Below, piece by piece: positions 25,219 to 38,843 of a stretch of DNA of 64,000 bases; the stretch's first letter is position 1, and each line of letters begins with the position of its first letter. This DNA is from Auanema rhodensis (Eukaryota > Animalia > Nematoda). The translations under genes and the position numbers were made by a program. The stretch is taken from positions 15,686,001 through 15,750,000 of the forward strand of contig OZ059898.1 in the NCBI GenBank assembly GCA_964057225.1, given 5' to 3'. The notes under the pieces were generated by a model. It did not search any database, was not told the origin of the DNA, and saw nothing but the letters and a program-made list of their open reading frames with translations.

Positions 25219-27837
25219 TCAGACTAATTCCAAGTACGAAATGGGTACTCTTCCACGAACTCCATTCTTTTCACCCATGATGAAATCAGCATCTAAGCCC
25301 GGCAATCGGTACACAATTAAAATCTAAATAAATGAAAATTAAGCATGATGGAGCCATGTAAGTATTTCTATTACGTCATTCTCTTTTACGGACAGCTCAT
25401 TGGGTAGAACAGCATCATAGTCTAACACAACACGAGCTTGTTTAGTGCCCATATCATCAACATTGAAGCCTTTACCACCAGGGCCCTATAATCAGTTCAT
25501 TATTTTCATAAGCTAATTCAGCAGGTTATGATTTTCATGGGCATGGGAAACTAACCTTAGGTCTAACGCTGTTGCCAGGTGCAGTTGTTACAGTGGTGCT
25601 AACCAGCGTGGCCGATGATCCCAGGAAGGACATAGTTCTGAAAAGTTATTATCCAGTTAAGAAGCGAACGCTTTTCATAAAGTACTTCAAATTTATTTTG
25701 AAAATTCTGAGAAAAGCCAATACAACTGTACAGAGAATCAGGGTCACAATTAAAGAAAATAAATAGAGAAAAAAATTGTGACTCTGTGATTAAAAGACAA
25801 AACTATGCACCAGCACAACTATTATACAACTTTAAAAGCATGCTCGACTTAGTTAAAACATCGGAATATTGAATCTAAAACAATTTTTCCATGTTAACTA
25901 AGAAGTTTCAGCCTTCTATGTTAATATTAGATTATAATCATGTTAGAATTAATAGACAACAAGTAAACATTTCTACCGGAAAACTCAAGCTCACAACACG
26001 GGAAAGCATCAATACAGAATTAGAATTATGTCCAATAATCTCGATCATACCAGCGTCAAGCAGACATTTTGTCTCATAGAAGTTCATCAATAACAAGAAC
26101 TTATCGCTAAAATTTTTGAGGGAAACTCGGAGAATAGGAAAAAATAGATCGAAGACAGAATGGGGAATGTGTTGGTGTGTTGGTATGTGCAAAAATGAAA
26201 AAAAATAAAAACAATCAGTATACATATGCAGAGAGACGATGTTTCAATCATTCATTCCTACAGAAATCCGCGTCATTCTAGACATTAAGCCTTATTTCAA
26301 ATCTTCCGCAAGACTGTTTACCGAGCCTATAGTTCTTGAAGCATCAGAATGTCCACCGGTGTACAAGCCAAATCCAGCAGAATCGCTAAGCGAACTAAAA
26401 CACATCACAACTACGATATATCGCAAATCACAAACGTTCTTCAAGGAAAGATTCGAAAAGTTGAGCAAATACCTACCCGCTGAGATCACGTTGAAGATCA
26501 GACATCATTTGATGACATTGAGCATGGAAAGACATCTGAGCTTCGACAAAGTCACGAAGACATTTAAGTTGGTTATTCTGAGATGAAAGTAAAATTCAAA
26601 AGAAAAATGATTTTAAAAACGTACATGAGCAGTTTGAATGCCTTCTAAGAGCAATTTAGTAATTTCTGCCTGTTTATCAAACTCTGCTTGGGCAACACGA
26701 AGGTCGGCTTCGGCCTGAGAAAAAACAAATAACAAAAAATAAAGTTCTAATATAGAATATTCAAACAACAAAAACTATCTATATCAAAATCAATCACGAT
26801 ATCACAATATTCAAACAAACCTGTTCAAGGGTAAAACCTCCTCCAGTTTTACTATTAGACTAAAAGCATTATTCAAGATTTTTTCAAAAAGGAAATGTTT
26901 AAAGAAAAATCGATGAACTTACGCTGGTCTGGCTTTCAGCTGTTTTAGCTTTACGTAAACGACTCTTACAAGCATCCAAATCCAAACGCTTGCTGTTGAG
27001 AATTTTGCGTTCTTTCTAAACAAAACAGCAAAGAATAAGATCAGAGAGTACTTAAAGCTCACTTGGATAGTTTTCATATCTCCTTCTAAAAATCGTCTGA
27101 TGGGCAATAAAGTTTGAGTAGCACATTGATTAACAAACTCTCGATCAGCTGTGCCAAGTTTTTGCTCGGTTTGAGCAACTTTAATTAACGCACTTCCTAT
27201 AATATTTTTGAAGCAATGTTTTTCTCAATGTCATGTGATACCATAAGGAGTTGTGCTTCCAAATTCTTCCCCAGCCTCAGTCATCGCTTGAGCAAGGTGC
27301 TCCAGGTTATTTAAACGTCCTCCTCCATCTTTCTTCAACTCCAATTTTTCGTAAAATACTTCTTCCATACGAAGAGCTAAAATGTTTATTTGATTCATAG
27401 TTGAAATGTATTAAAAATCCAAGATTTAGGCTAATGACTGGCTTTCTGAATTTGAATTCTCAAATTAGATTTATATTTTCCCATTCATGACTTTGTCAAC
27501 GCTTGCCAGAAGTCAAATTTGCAAATATTTGATATTATAAGGCAGCGAGATATGAAGTAGACAAATGAGAACAAGTAACTTACTAGGATTAGGTTGAAGA
27601 TAACTTTCAATTGATCCCAGAATTTTCCGAGTATGATCCTCGGTTTTATCAGCCCTTTGGAGCAAATTCTCAAAATGAGCATCAAGTTCGGTTCTTTCAG
27701 CTTTCAGAAAAGTTTCTTCCGTTAGCTGAAACATATTTACTAATAAAGGCCAGGGAAACCAGACTGGTACTCACCTGTTTAGCACGGTTGAAGAAGCCAC
27801 CAGCTTCGCTTGCTAACTTTTTGAAGTTAAACTCCAT
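25219..27837 (-). CDS. erp-1: Endophilin B (N-BAR + SH3)
   Basis: MEFNFKKLASEAGGFFNRAKQLTEETFLKAERTELDAHFENLL; AEADLRVAQAEFDKQAEITKLLLEGI; SH3 ARVVLDYDA...RGRVPISYLELV*. Confidence 0.95.
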
Positions 27838-27839
27838 CT

Positions 27840-28575
27840 GTAAAAAAAAGTTATAGCTAAGAGAAAATATATAGAATGCTTTCTTCAAATGAAAAGCACG
27901 AACTACTGACGCACATCAATAACAACACACACAAAAACGGAAAGATCGATACGTTGCCGAGACCCAATAGAAAGAAATTGCAGATGAACTCAAGCTCACT
28001 GAAGCTAAATATCTGAGCACATACACGCACACTTTCACATTTTGGGATAATCTTGATTTCGTATTCAAGTAATAAAGTTTAAGAAGTATTAATCAACATT
28101 CATTGAAAAAGGAAGAGCTATAAAATGAGCACAAAAGAAAAAGAGCAAATATGTAAATATATCAAAACAGTTCATTGAATTTCATAGTTTAAGCTTCTCC
28201 TTGATGAAACAAATTGGAACAAAGACAAGTTACACAAAAAAAAAGTTTAGAAAAAAAAAGTCAATGAACATGCTGGAAGAAAAAAACATTAGTAAACAAA
28301 TGACCCGTTTGTAAATGGTGACCTGTGGCTAATACTGCAGTCCTTGAAAAGCGATCTCTATGTTAAGCGTGTTCTATACCTCATCACCGACATATAACTA
28401 ATATACATATTCAGTTTAGTAAATTCTAGTCAATAATATTCTGACAACTGTAGCCTTGCGTGGCATCATATCTAGAAGCACAATTTTATTTGACTCGTTC
28501 ATTTTTTCTATATATTTTTTGGTTTATTCGCTTGAATATCATATGATAATGAAAAGTAACTGGTTCGTTCTTCAG
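27840..28575. promoter_or_regulatory. Divergent promoter region between erp-1 and lcmt-1
   Basis: Head-to-head starts about 740 bp apart, each ATG directly preceded by an AG acceptor. Confidence 0.5.
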
Positions 28576-28576
28576 A

Positions 28577-30014
28577 ATGGAAACTGAGGCTTGCGTTGAT
28601 GACGAACATCTTTCAGCCACAGTTTCTACAAGAAGGAGGTCTCATTCAGTGTCTGATGATTACTCTGTTCAATGTACCAATGACGATGCTACTTACTGTA
28701 AATATGCCGCTGTTCAAGTAAGCCCAACATGTTTAGTAAATTGAATTAAAAACTGAATTATGATTATTTTCATATACATATGGATTGAATTAACTATTGT
28801 TATGCTTTTCAGCTAAAATACTGGGAAGATCCTTTCATCGATAGATTTGTTTCTTCCAGCCTTGATAAAAGAGTCAGAAGAGATCCTGAGATCTCCATTG
28901 GTTATTGGGCTAGAGTTGCTGCTGTTAATAACTTGGTTAATAAATTCCTTCAAGCAGTAGAAGGAAAAGGTCAAATTGTTATCTTTGGTTAGTTCTAAAT
29001 TTGTGCAATAAATTAAGTTTAACTTATTGTAAAGGATGTGGCTTTGAGACAATGTATTGGCGCTTGAAGAAAGCTGGAGCGAAATTTACTCGATTTGTCG
29101 AAGTGGATTTTAGCTCAGTTACTGCCAAAAAGATTCGTCATATTATGAAACCTGGATCCGATGCTTTAAGATCTTATTTCACAAGTGACCGTAAGTTTTC
29201 CATTACGTTACGAATTGAAAAAAAATTATTCAGCTAAGGAAGAACATCACTCTGATATGCATTGTGGTGATTATCAACTCGTAGGAGCTGATCTTCGTCA
29301 ATGGGGTGAACTCAAGGTTTGATACAACAAATTTCGTACATATTTTAATATTGTGTACAGGGAAAGCTAGACAAGGCTGAGCTTGATTACAATCTACCCA
29401 CTTTGGTTTTAACTGAGTAATTATTCTTCATTAAAAGTATTAGTTTAATATTTTCATTGAAGATGTGTTCTTGTCTACATGTCTGTAAGTCAAAGTGATA
29501 ATTTATTGAAAAATCTTGCCGAAACTTTCGAAACAGTCGTATGCGTCAACTATGAGCAGGTAATTTTCTATTTATGAATAAGCTGATATTTATCTATAGT
29601 TCCGCACTTCTGATAAATTTGGACATGTGATGGAAAAGAATTTGGAGCAGCGAGGAATCCAATTACTTGGACTTGGTGCTTGTGCCAGTGTTGAATCCCA
29701 GAGAGATCGGTATGCATCAACTTTCTTATGTATGAATCAAATCATGACTTCAGATTTGTGAACAACGGTTGGCATTTTGCTTCCGTAATGGATATGGAAG
29801 CTGTGTATAAGAAAGTTCTGGATAAGAACGAAGTTAAAAGGTTATATTTGCTAACAACGGTCTGTAAATCTAACATGGATAACATTTCAGAATCGAAGCT
29901 ATCGAATCATTGGATGAGATGGAGCTGTTGTGGCAACTCTTATCTCATTATTGTATTGTGCATGCTATATCTGACAAAGACGGTAGCCTTTTGGCGAAAT
30001 TAGATTGTAAGTAA
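28577..30014 (+). CDS. lcmt-1: Leucine carboxyl methyltransferase 1 (PP2A methyltransferase)
   Basis: DDYSVQCTNDDATYCK, RRDPEISIGYWAR, LSLGCGFETMYWRL, ECVLVYM, VNYEQ, IESLDEMELLWQLLSHYC. Confidence 0.94.
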
Positions 30015-30195
30015 GAATTAAACAAAATTTTATATGTCATTGATCTGAGTTTCATTGTATTGTTAAGACGTGTTTGAATATTTTATATATAATGCATATT
30101 TGTTTTTTTCTTCTAATTTTCTTCGAACTGGGTAATATGGCCCGAAGTATCTATTTATTGTTTTCGCCTTTTTTGTCTCATTTGCTCTGTATAGG

Positions 30196-30928
30196 ATGTC
30201 ACTCAGTCAATGGAAATTGGATTTTAGCTCAGCTCCAAGAAATTTAAAAACTTTAGATTCTTCTTTCAATCCTCCTGGATTTTCCTCCTCTGCAACCACT
30301 GTTCAACATCATGTGAGTTGTGGAATGTCAGGGAAAATTTGTAAAGTATTTTTTCAGGTGGACAGTGAACAAGGAAATGATAATCACGAGCATCTTGCTA
30401 GGAAAAGAGTTTGGGATGTAGCTATGGGTCCAGCAAAGGGCTTGCCAATGAACTTGTTTGTAATGTACATGGCTGGTAGAAGTGTGAGTATTGATGATGT
30501 CGTAATTTTGTTTTATTTGAGCATTTTAGGTTTCTATTTTCCCCATCATGATGGTTGGTATGTTATTGTGGCGAACTGTTAAAGCTCTATTTTCTGTCAA
30601 CGATACATTCAAGCCACTCCAGGTAAAAATTGGTTTCAGAATCTTTTCTGACGCTTGTTTTAGGATCAAAATTCAAAATCAATGATTGTGCAAAAGCTCG
30701 TTTTTATTTTGGGAAATATTGGAGCCATTGTTATAGCTATTCATAAAGTTTGTCTCTTTTTTTTATTTTAGGGTTTTATTAACTGATATTTCTGTATAAA
30801 TGCTTATGCTTCGTGTGTTTCAGATTCACACAATGGGTTTGTTGCCAAATACCCCTTCAGATTGGCTCGAGTTTCTTCCTCAACCAAGACGAATTCAATA
30901 TTCCACGTTCAGTTCGACCTACGTCTAA
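30196..30928 (+). CDS. emc-4: ER membrane complex subunit 4
   Basis: [38 protein letters not shown] and MGLLPNTPSDWLEF. Confidence 0.95.
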
Positions 30929-31515
30929 AATAATAATTTCAATTCCATTTAGTTCCTCTTTTGTATTTGATTTATAATTCTTACTATAAGTTGTTTTATT
31001 TATTTTACAAGATTAAACCTTATTTCCATTATTCTTTACATAATTTTGTACTTTTCACGTTCGTATCCTGTGTTTTTGAGTTGACAGTTTCCAAGAAACA
31101 CGAAACTTTCTGATCCTCTAATCAATTCTTGTAGTGATTTTGAAAATCGCTGCAATTCTTGTGAAGCGATTTTCAGAAGTTAGTTCAAGTAACCAGAATA
31201 AGTTGTTCTGAACAAAAGTTTATTGCGAGGCGTTTGATTCCACAATAGCTACGAGGTTTCTCGTTTCTTGGACTTGTTTGCTCTTCTAATTCAAAGTGTT
31301 GCTCACTATGCACTTGTACATAAAGGGACAATTGATCATATGAGATCTAAGAAATATATTGACTATATGACCATGGCGTGGTAACTGCATATCACATTTT
31401 AAATTATGGTTGGGCCCAATCTCTTTTCTAGATGTAACAAGTTTAAGTTCCAAACGTCCTTTAACGATGAACTTTTTTTACTGAATATTGAGTATATTGA
31501 GAGAACTACATGAAT

Positions 31516-31552
<37 letters not shown>
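31516..31552. repeat. (GA)n microsatellite
   Basis: Read directly from the sequence. Confidence 0.9.
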
Positions 31553-31556
<4 letters not shown>

Positions 31557-33109
31557 GACCAGTTCTTGTTTAATTCCTGCTGCTGTTTCGATCCCAAATA
31601 GTTACCATAGCAACAATATGTACGTATATAATTGGAAACAATATGCTTCTTTCCATATTTTGTGTTTATACTCAATATTGGCAAATCTATTCATAAACTT
31701 TTGATAATTCCCACTTGAAGAGTTGAAGTAACATCTAAGAATAAGTGTATAAGAAGACATCATCGATGTTTCATTCAAACACAAAAACATGAACATTTAG
31801 AATCAAGAAAGGTTTTTCTAATCGAAACTAACAGCAAACATCTGGACCCCCTTCCCATCCTCTCCAGCTTTGCTTTAATTTGATTTCAGTACTTGAAGAG
31901 TTTTCATAAACATGAGAACCTTCCCAGTTTTATAGAAAATTCATTTTTCAAGTTCAAAGTTACATTTTCATCTGTTTTGACAAGAAATATGGAAATATTT
32001 CAAGAAGGAACAATGAGCATAAAACATGAAAATTCATGTTAAGCCTATGAAAAATGATTTGAAATTTGTGTTAAAACTCATAATTTTTTTTTTAATTCTT
32101 AGTTTGAACTATTCGTTACATGTTTTTCATGTTTCCTTTGATGGTAAGGAAATGAAAATTTCTTTTAATGTACTTGATTACCTCATCTTATCCAATATAT
32201 TTCCTCTGCTGTTTATACGATTCGTTTGATTTTCTTCATATTTCTTCATTTCACAGAAATCTCTTTTTTTATTTTTTATGTGCAAATTGTAAATTTATTC
32301 TATAAATATGTTATTTCTTTTGTAAAATACAAGCTTTCACTCTCTAAATTTTGTACTAAAAATTACGAAGTTCCTTAATTTAATTAAAAATTCATGTTTC
32401 TACCATTGAGTTTAAATATCATATAATGATGGAGCTTTTACAACCAGTTTTTAAGATCCAAAAACGAATTTTTAATTAGTCCTTCGTTAAAATTTCATCC
32501 TATTAACGTGTTTGGTACTCGTAAAAAAATTTATATCATGAGTATATGGTCAATGAAATCTTTATTTTTAGAAAATGAACACATCATCCGTTTAACAGAA
32601 GGAAGTAATAAGTAGAGTTTCTGATGAAATTCATGTATTAACCACCAAAACCAGTGTTAATTGAACCAGATGTGCGTACTGTTTCCGATGAAAATAGACG
32701 AAAATTCTTTTTTTTTTGGTTCAAAAATGCACATTCATCTTCGAAAAACGTCTGCTCAAGAGAGTAGAACATCCACATTTTGTGTTTTATCATCCTAATA
32801 AGATCAACTCGTCTTTTTAAATTTAATAGAAAAAGATCAAGATACATAACTAGAGCTATAATAGAAATCAGAGTTGCGTGAGAGAAAAGGTTAACTCTCG
32901 TACTTAATTGGAAATAAGTCAAAACATGTTATTCCCGAAAAAAAAAACGAATTCGTCTCCTCTGTTTTTACCCCAATGAAGGCATCAACAGCAGTATTAT
33001 TTCTTAATTGAGCTTATTTTACCTGCTTAGAGCTTGTCTTCAAGGTTATAAGCCTAAACATTATAGCTACAATCAATACTAGTTCAATAGGCAGAGGGAT
33101 TGCTGGTTG

Positions 33110-33290
33110 AAAGAGAAATATGAGAGTGAAAAAGAGATAGATAGAGCTATATAGATAGAAAGAGAGATAGAGAGAGAAATTGAGAAATTAGAGAGAAAAG
33201 ATAAAGAGAGAGAAAGAGAAAAAGAAAATGAGATAGCCAGTGTGAGAGAGAATACGAGAAAGAAAGAAGGGATAGAAGAAGAGAAAGAAC
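33110..33290. repeat. Long degenerate GA-rich polypurine tract
   Basis: Read directly from the sequence; a similar tract lies near 36550-36725. Confidence 0.75.
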
Positions 33291-36200
33291 ATCATAGGGC
33301 TTGCTTGTGTCTTGTTGTTGTTGTTACTCTTCGATTTTCTTCCCTTTTTAGCTCTTAGAATCATTCGACATCGTTCTGTATCACAACTGACCATGCTTTT
33401 CTTTTTTTTCAAATCAAATATCTTGTGATGTATCCTCAAGCAATCTGTTTAGCTATCTGACCTCTCCGTTATCTTTAGTCTCTAAGTGCTTTTCTGTATC
33501 TTCAACCGAAAAAAAAATTTGATCAGATGGGCTTAGCATCAATTCCAATTTCTGGGCTATCGTTGATAAATCAACAATCAGTAAAATAGAATTATGATTC
33601 CGCCTTCTTCCTTATGTGTTCTACAACAGTCACTGTAGTCACACTACTATATAGAATTGATTTAATTATAAATTCTTTTTCGTTTCTGAGCAAACTTCGA
33701 CAAAGTTGTCATTTCGATGTTCTCACAGCCTAATATATGGCTGCTTACTCATTCACTTACTCTCTTCATACTATTTATACTCTCTCATAACCTTTTCATT
33801 CCACTTGTCTTCCTATTCATTTCATTGTTTCCAAGAATTTCTTGAACTCATTACGTTATAATGCTTATCATATACTTTGAAAATATTTCTTTATCTTCTC
33901 AATAGTCACCATACAAACACAAAATAGAAGGTTCGTGTGACATAAATATACTTGTAAATACAACGAAAACCAGTAAATCGAAGAAAAAAAGAACAGGAAT
34001 CTAATAAAGTATTTGGATGTGAGTGATAACATTCATGACATATACATATATAGCCCACTATATCCCCTTTTCATAGGTCATACATAACTATATTATATTT
34101 AGTTTAATAGAAAGACAAAAAATGAACAAAAAGAATAACAAGCAATATGAGATCCTTCTCTCTCTCTCTCTCTCTTTCTCTCTCACTATATACTTTGTCC
34201 TCTTTATAATCTTCTGTCGTATTTCCCTTTCGGTTTCTTGTGATTATTCTTTGTAGTTTAAAGCTAACAATGCCATGTCTGATTTAAGTTTAAAGAGTAC
34301 GCACCCATATTATGATTAAGATTTTACCATGCATTTATCTATGATATTAGTTCGTAAATAGATAATAGCATTCCTCAAAATAGAAGAAAACTTCAAAAAT
34401 TAAGATAAAAATTCATTTTGGCCCTGTTTTCTCCTCAGCTTGCACCGATTTTCGGGGAGACTTTGGCTTCTCTTGACCAAATTAATCTGATTATGATTGC
34501 CTGATGATAAGAAAGCGTTCACATCTCAATATACATTTCCATCACATTTTACCTTTTCTCTCCATTAGATTCTATCTTCTTCGTGTTAATACTATCATTT
34601 ACTCTTCCTTGATCTATGGCTTATATCCTGCTCAGCAACAACCAAAACAAACTATCATGCCCGGCTATTTGTCTGATGCTCTCGGGAGATTCATTATAGC
34701 TGATGTAGCAGACATTTTCCGACAAGAAGTGAGCCAAGAATAGGATGGATTGAAAGGGAAGAATAACTTTAAGAATGATCCTCATAAGCTGTCAGAATAA
34801 CTATGCCCTTATCTTATATAGTGAGCTTAACGCATTTAGTATTATCAAACTGATATTGTTCGGAAGTTCAATTTGAAATGCCTATTCTCGGGTACATGTA
34901 TATGAATAATAAAATCTGTAATAGAATTTTTCATGTAAGATGAAGAAAAAGAAGAAGAAAAGTTGAGAAAATTCGAGAAAAGCGCAGACAAATACTTCAT
35001 ATGAGCTGTTGAAGTCTAGCTAAATGAACTTGGCCCGGGCCTATTGACATCGAGAGATGTTTCTAAAAAAATTGACCAGCTATATCAAGAACGTCCCTCA
35101 TTTATCTTGTGGTTTATACATCAGAAAAGTTTATTAAAATGGCAATTATCGTCATCATTTCTGATCTTTATCCCAACTACCTCACTTCGTCAATCAGCAG
35201 GCTTTATCGCCTTTTATTTCTGCCATTCTTCTGCCTTTCGTTGGCTATTTTAGACTCATAAGCTGGTTTCGATTAATTAGATTTATAGTTTATATATCAA
35301 CTTCTACGTAATATCAGATGAAGATGTCATTTTGCATTTCGTTGTTGTACTTCTTGGATTTTTGTGAAATTTTGTTTAATGATGTTGAGCTAAAAATAAT
35401 AATTAATAACTTCACTACTATTGAATAAGCTATTCAATCTGAATTTTATTAGAATATAAAATGTTCTTCAAGACTATTTCTTCAGATATTAAATGGATAT
35501 ATATAGAGAGTGAGAGTGAGGGAGATAGAGAGAGAGGGAGAGAGAGAGAGAAACAGAGAGAGTTCATTCTTTTGATACTTCTTTTTACGCTCAACATCCT
35601 GATATTCTGACTTTGGTTAAAAGCTTTGACAACTGCATATACATATCTGAGCTAATGTCACCATATACATACGTGCACATGTCCCCTTCTAATAGGTCGG
35701 AAGTTCATACTTTCAGTAGTTTTGTACTTCTTTCACTTTCATCGAGTTTATACGAGCACTCAGGAAATTATTTCCTGTTGTCTGTATCTACTATGATGGT
35801 TTGCATTTACCTTATTTCTTCTAAAAGCGTCTAATTGAAGGCCGACTTTCTTCTTCCATTTTCTGATCTAAACATAGATGCTGTTGATTTGAGATTCATT
35901 ACTGATTTCAAGTGTTCTGAAACATAGTATAGTAGAAGCTTTGACCCTATAAACGCTTAAATTTCATTCTCTTCAATTGGCTTTTTTCATTCACATTTTC
36001 TTCCTCTGTTAATAGAGAAAAGACTTGAAAATCGCTTAAATATGTAAGAATTCTTACTCTTATTCTATTATTCAATATATTCGTTAGTGCTGTTCTTTCT
36101 TTTTCTATTTTCCACTCCTTTTTTTGACAAAGAACTTGGTTAAGATGGGTGAACATGACTAACGAAGATGAAGTTGGGTATTGGTGTGTAGTAGTAGAAA

Positions 36201-38467
36201 GCAAGGAAAACGAGGTGTTCAAGAGAGGCAAAAGGACTACGTGAACAAGCGAGTGAAGTAGCTCGAGAAACAGGATAGCAACGTGAAGCTTCATAAACGG
36301 CGTGAGTAGGACTTGTATGTTGCATGTAAGAGGCTATACATCCGGCTACAGCTGTTACGGATTGATCGAACTGCATCTCTTTCATACATGGTTCGTAGAT
36401 ATTATGTTTCTCTTTGTGCTCTCGGCTTCTCTCTCTTCCGCATTGACGTCGATGGCGATGTCCTCAGTTTCCAAATAAGGTTTTCAGTCGATCAAGCTGC
36501 TGCCCTGCGCTGATGCTCGTTGGATGTTCTTCTATGGATTCAGAATGAATGAGAAAGAGAAAGAGAAAAAGAGAGATTGAGAGAGAAAAGATGACGTAGA
36601 AAACATGCAAGAAAAATAGGGGCAGGCAACGGCAGAAAGAGAGAAAGTAGAGAGAGACGTCATGAAAAACAGGAATAAGGAAGAGGGAGGAGAGAAAGAA
36701 AGAAAAGGAGATAGAGAGAGAGAGTGCTTGACTGAACCCTGCTAGCTGTATGGAGGAGGGGGGACAGCTTATTTTCCATTTTTTCAAACTACAAATCGAT
36801 TTTTCATTTCAGTTCTTATTCTATTTTCTTCTTTTCATCGGTATGTGCTGTTTTCTTTTATTTTTTTGAGTTTTTCTCTGTTTCTTCTCTCCCCTATCCC
36901 CTGTTTTTAGTCAGTTCGGTTGATGATGATGGCGTAATCCTCATCTAGCTTGTCGTCTATTTTCTATGGAACGGCCTCATTTTCTAAAACCTTTATATAT
37001 CATGTCGAAGGCTTTGCCATGCACAACTATTCCCCATAAACTTCTGATAGTAGCCAGAGAATGGGTAGAAAACCGAATGTTGTTGTCCATGGCATCATCT
37101 TCTTCTTCTTCTTTTTCTTCACTTTCTACTTTTTCATCTTTTCTCTGGTCTATGCTTCTATTTTTTTCATATTTTGGTAGTAATTTCCTCTCCAAAAAAA
37201 ACCGATCAAACAGATTAAGTAGGAAATAATAATTTGTTATTAATGTATTGGTTTTACTAAGATATGATGATGTTGGAAGTCTTCTTTAACAAAGGTTTCC
37301 GGAAAATAAGAATGAAATAGTAGTAGAAGTAGTTAGAGAAAAGATCTTTTCTTATATTTTTCGATTATTTGTTCTTTTATCTGATATTTATTCGAAAACT
37401 TTATACCATATCATTTAATCTTTTATAATTTTGCTAAGTTGTTTTCAACATATTTTTATTTTAAAATTTTGGCTTTGAATTGCTTTTTCAAATGTAAAAA
37501 AAATATAAATTTCATTCCTTTTTCCGTATGTTAGATTGTTTTTTTTTCTTGGCATCATTTGAACATCACAAATTCCATGCATGTTATAACAATAATCAAA
37601 CAAAACTTCATCAAATATAGTTTATATATAGATTTTTCTATCAATATCTTTCTTGTTTGGCTGATCTTTTGACTTTATTCAATTAAAAGTTTTTCCATAT
37701 TCCCTTTTAACTCTTTTACTTTACTCTTTCATTGTGTTCGTTACTCTATCACTCTATCGTACTCCCCCCATGTTTCCATCACTCTTTCGATGTGATGTGT
37801 TCATCATCATCATCATCATCATCGACATCGACATCATCATCAACATGATGTACATTTCGTCGTCGACGAATTGTCGATTGGACTTGTCGACGGAACTGAT
37901 GATTCTCATTAGCAGAGCCGTGGAAACCTAGGAAATGAGCTTTCACAAGCTAACTCTGCAACACCACTTCTCAAAAGCTGCTCTTTGACCTTTTCATTTT
38001 TTATTTGAACATCCTTTTCCGTACAAAAGTTTTATTAGAAGAAGCGTCTAGTATACGAGAGAAATTAGAGAGTAAGAAGAAATGAAAAAGTAGAAAAAAG
38101 TTCTAAAATAACATGGCAAAGAGAGAAAATGAGGTATTTACAAACAGGTAGAGAGCTAGAGAGGGTGAGAGAGAGAAAGAGAAATTTAGAGAGAAAACAA
38201 GTATGAGGGAGATAACGATGTCAACAAAGAAAAAAGAGAGAACGACATGCTCATTTGCAGGATTACCACGTTTTAGTTTCATGCTATATGCTATACGTCT
38301 GATTAATAAATATTCGTTCAGATCGTGATGACTTTCTCCTCTTTCTATCTATATTTACCGATATTATAAGCAATTTACCACGGAAGAGACTTTATTTATA
38401 TGCATGAAATTGTTCATTTTATAGTTTTTTTTCAATTTTTCTTCTCAGTTCACTATGACTTTCCGTA

Positions 38468-38471
<4 letters not shown>

Positions 38472-38529
<58 letters not shown>
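38472..38529. repeat. (TC)n microsatellite
   Basis: Read directly from the sequence. Confidence 0.92.
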
Positions 38530-38805
38530 AGTATTCTCGATATTACTTGGTTATTCGTCTTCACACTAACAGCAGTAGTAGTAAAATTGATTGTTGTTAA
38601 GTGGAAAATGATTTCATACTTATGCATAACTCTGAACGCTACTTATTCACTACCTCACATCGTCTTACATATCTGACACTCATTATCACCTGTTCGTTGT
38701 AACTGATTCAAAGTGACAAATATGGGTTAGACGACATCTCTAATCTCTCGACTAAATACTTGAAGCTGATTGTTGTTTGCTTTTGGCCTATTCAGCTTTG
38801 GTGCC

Positions 38806-38843
38806 AGCAACAGCAACAGCAGTAGCAGCAGCAGCAGTAGCAG
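38806..38843. repeat. Imperfect (CAG)n microsatellite
   Basis: Read directly from the sequence. Confidence 0.8.
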
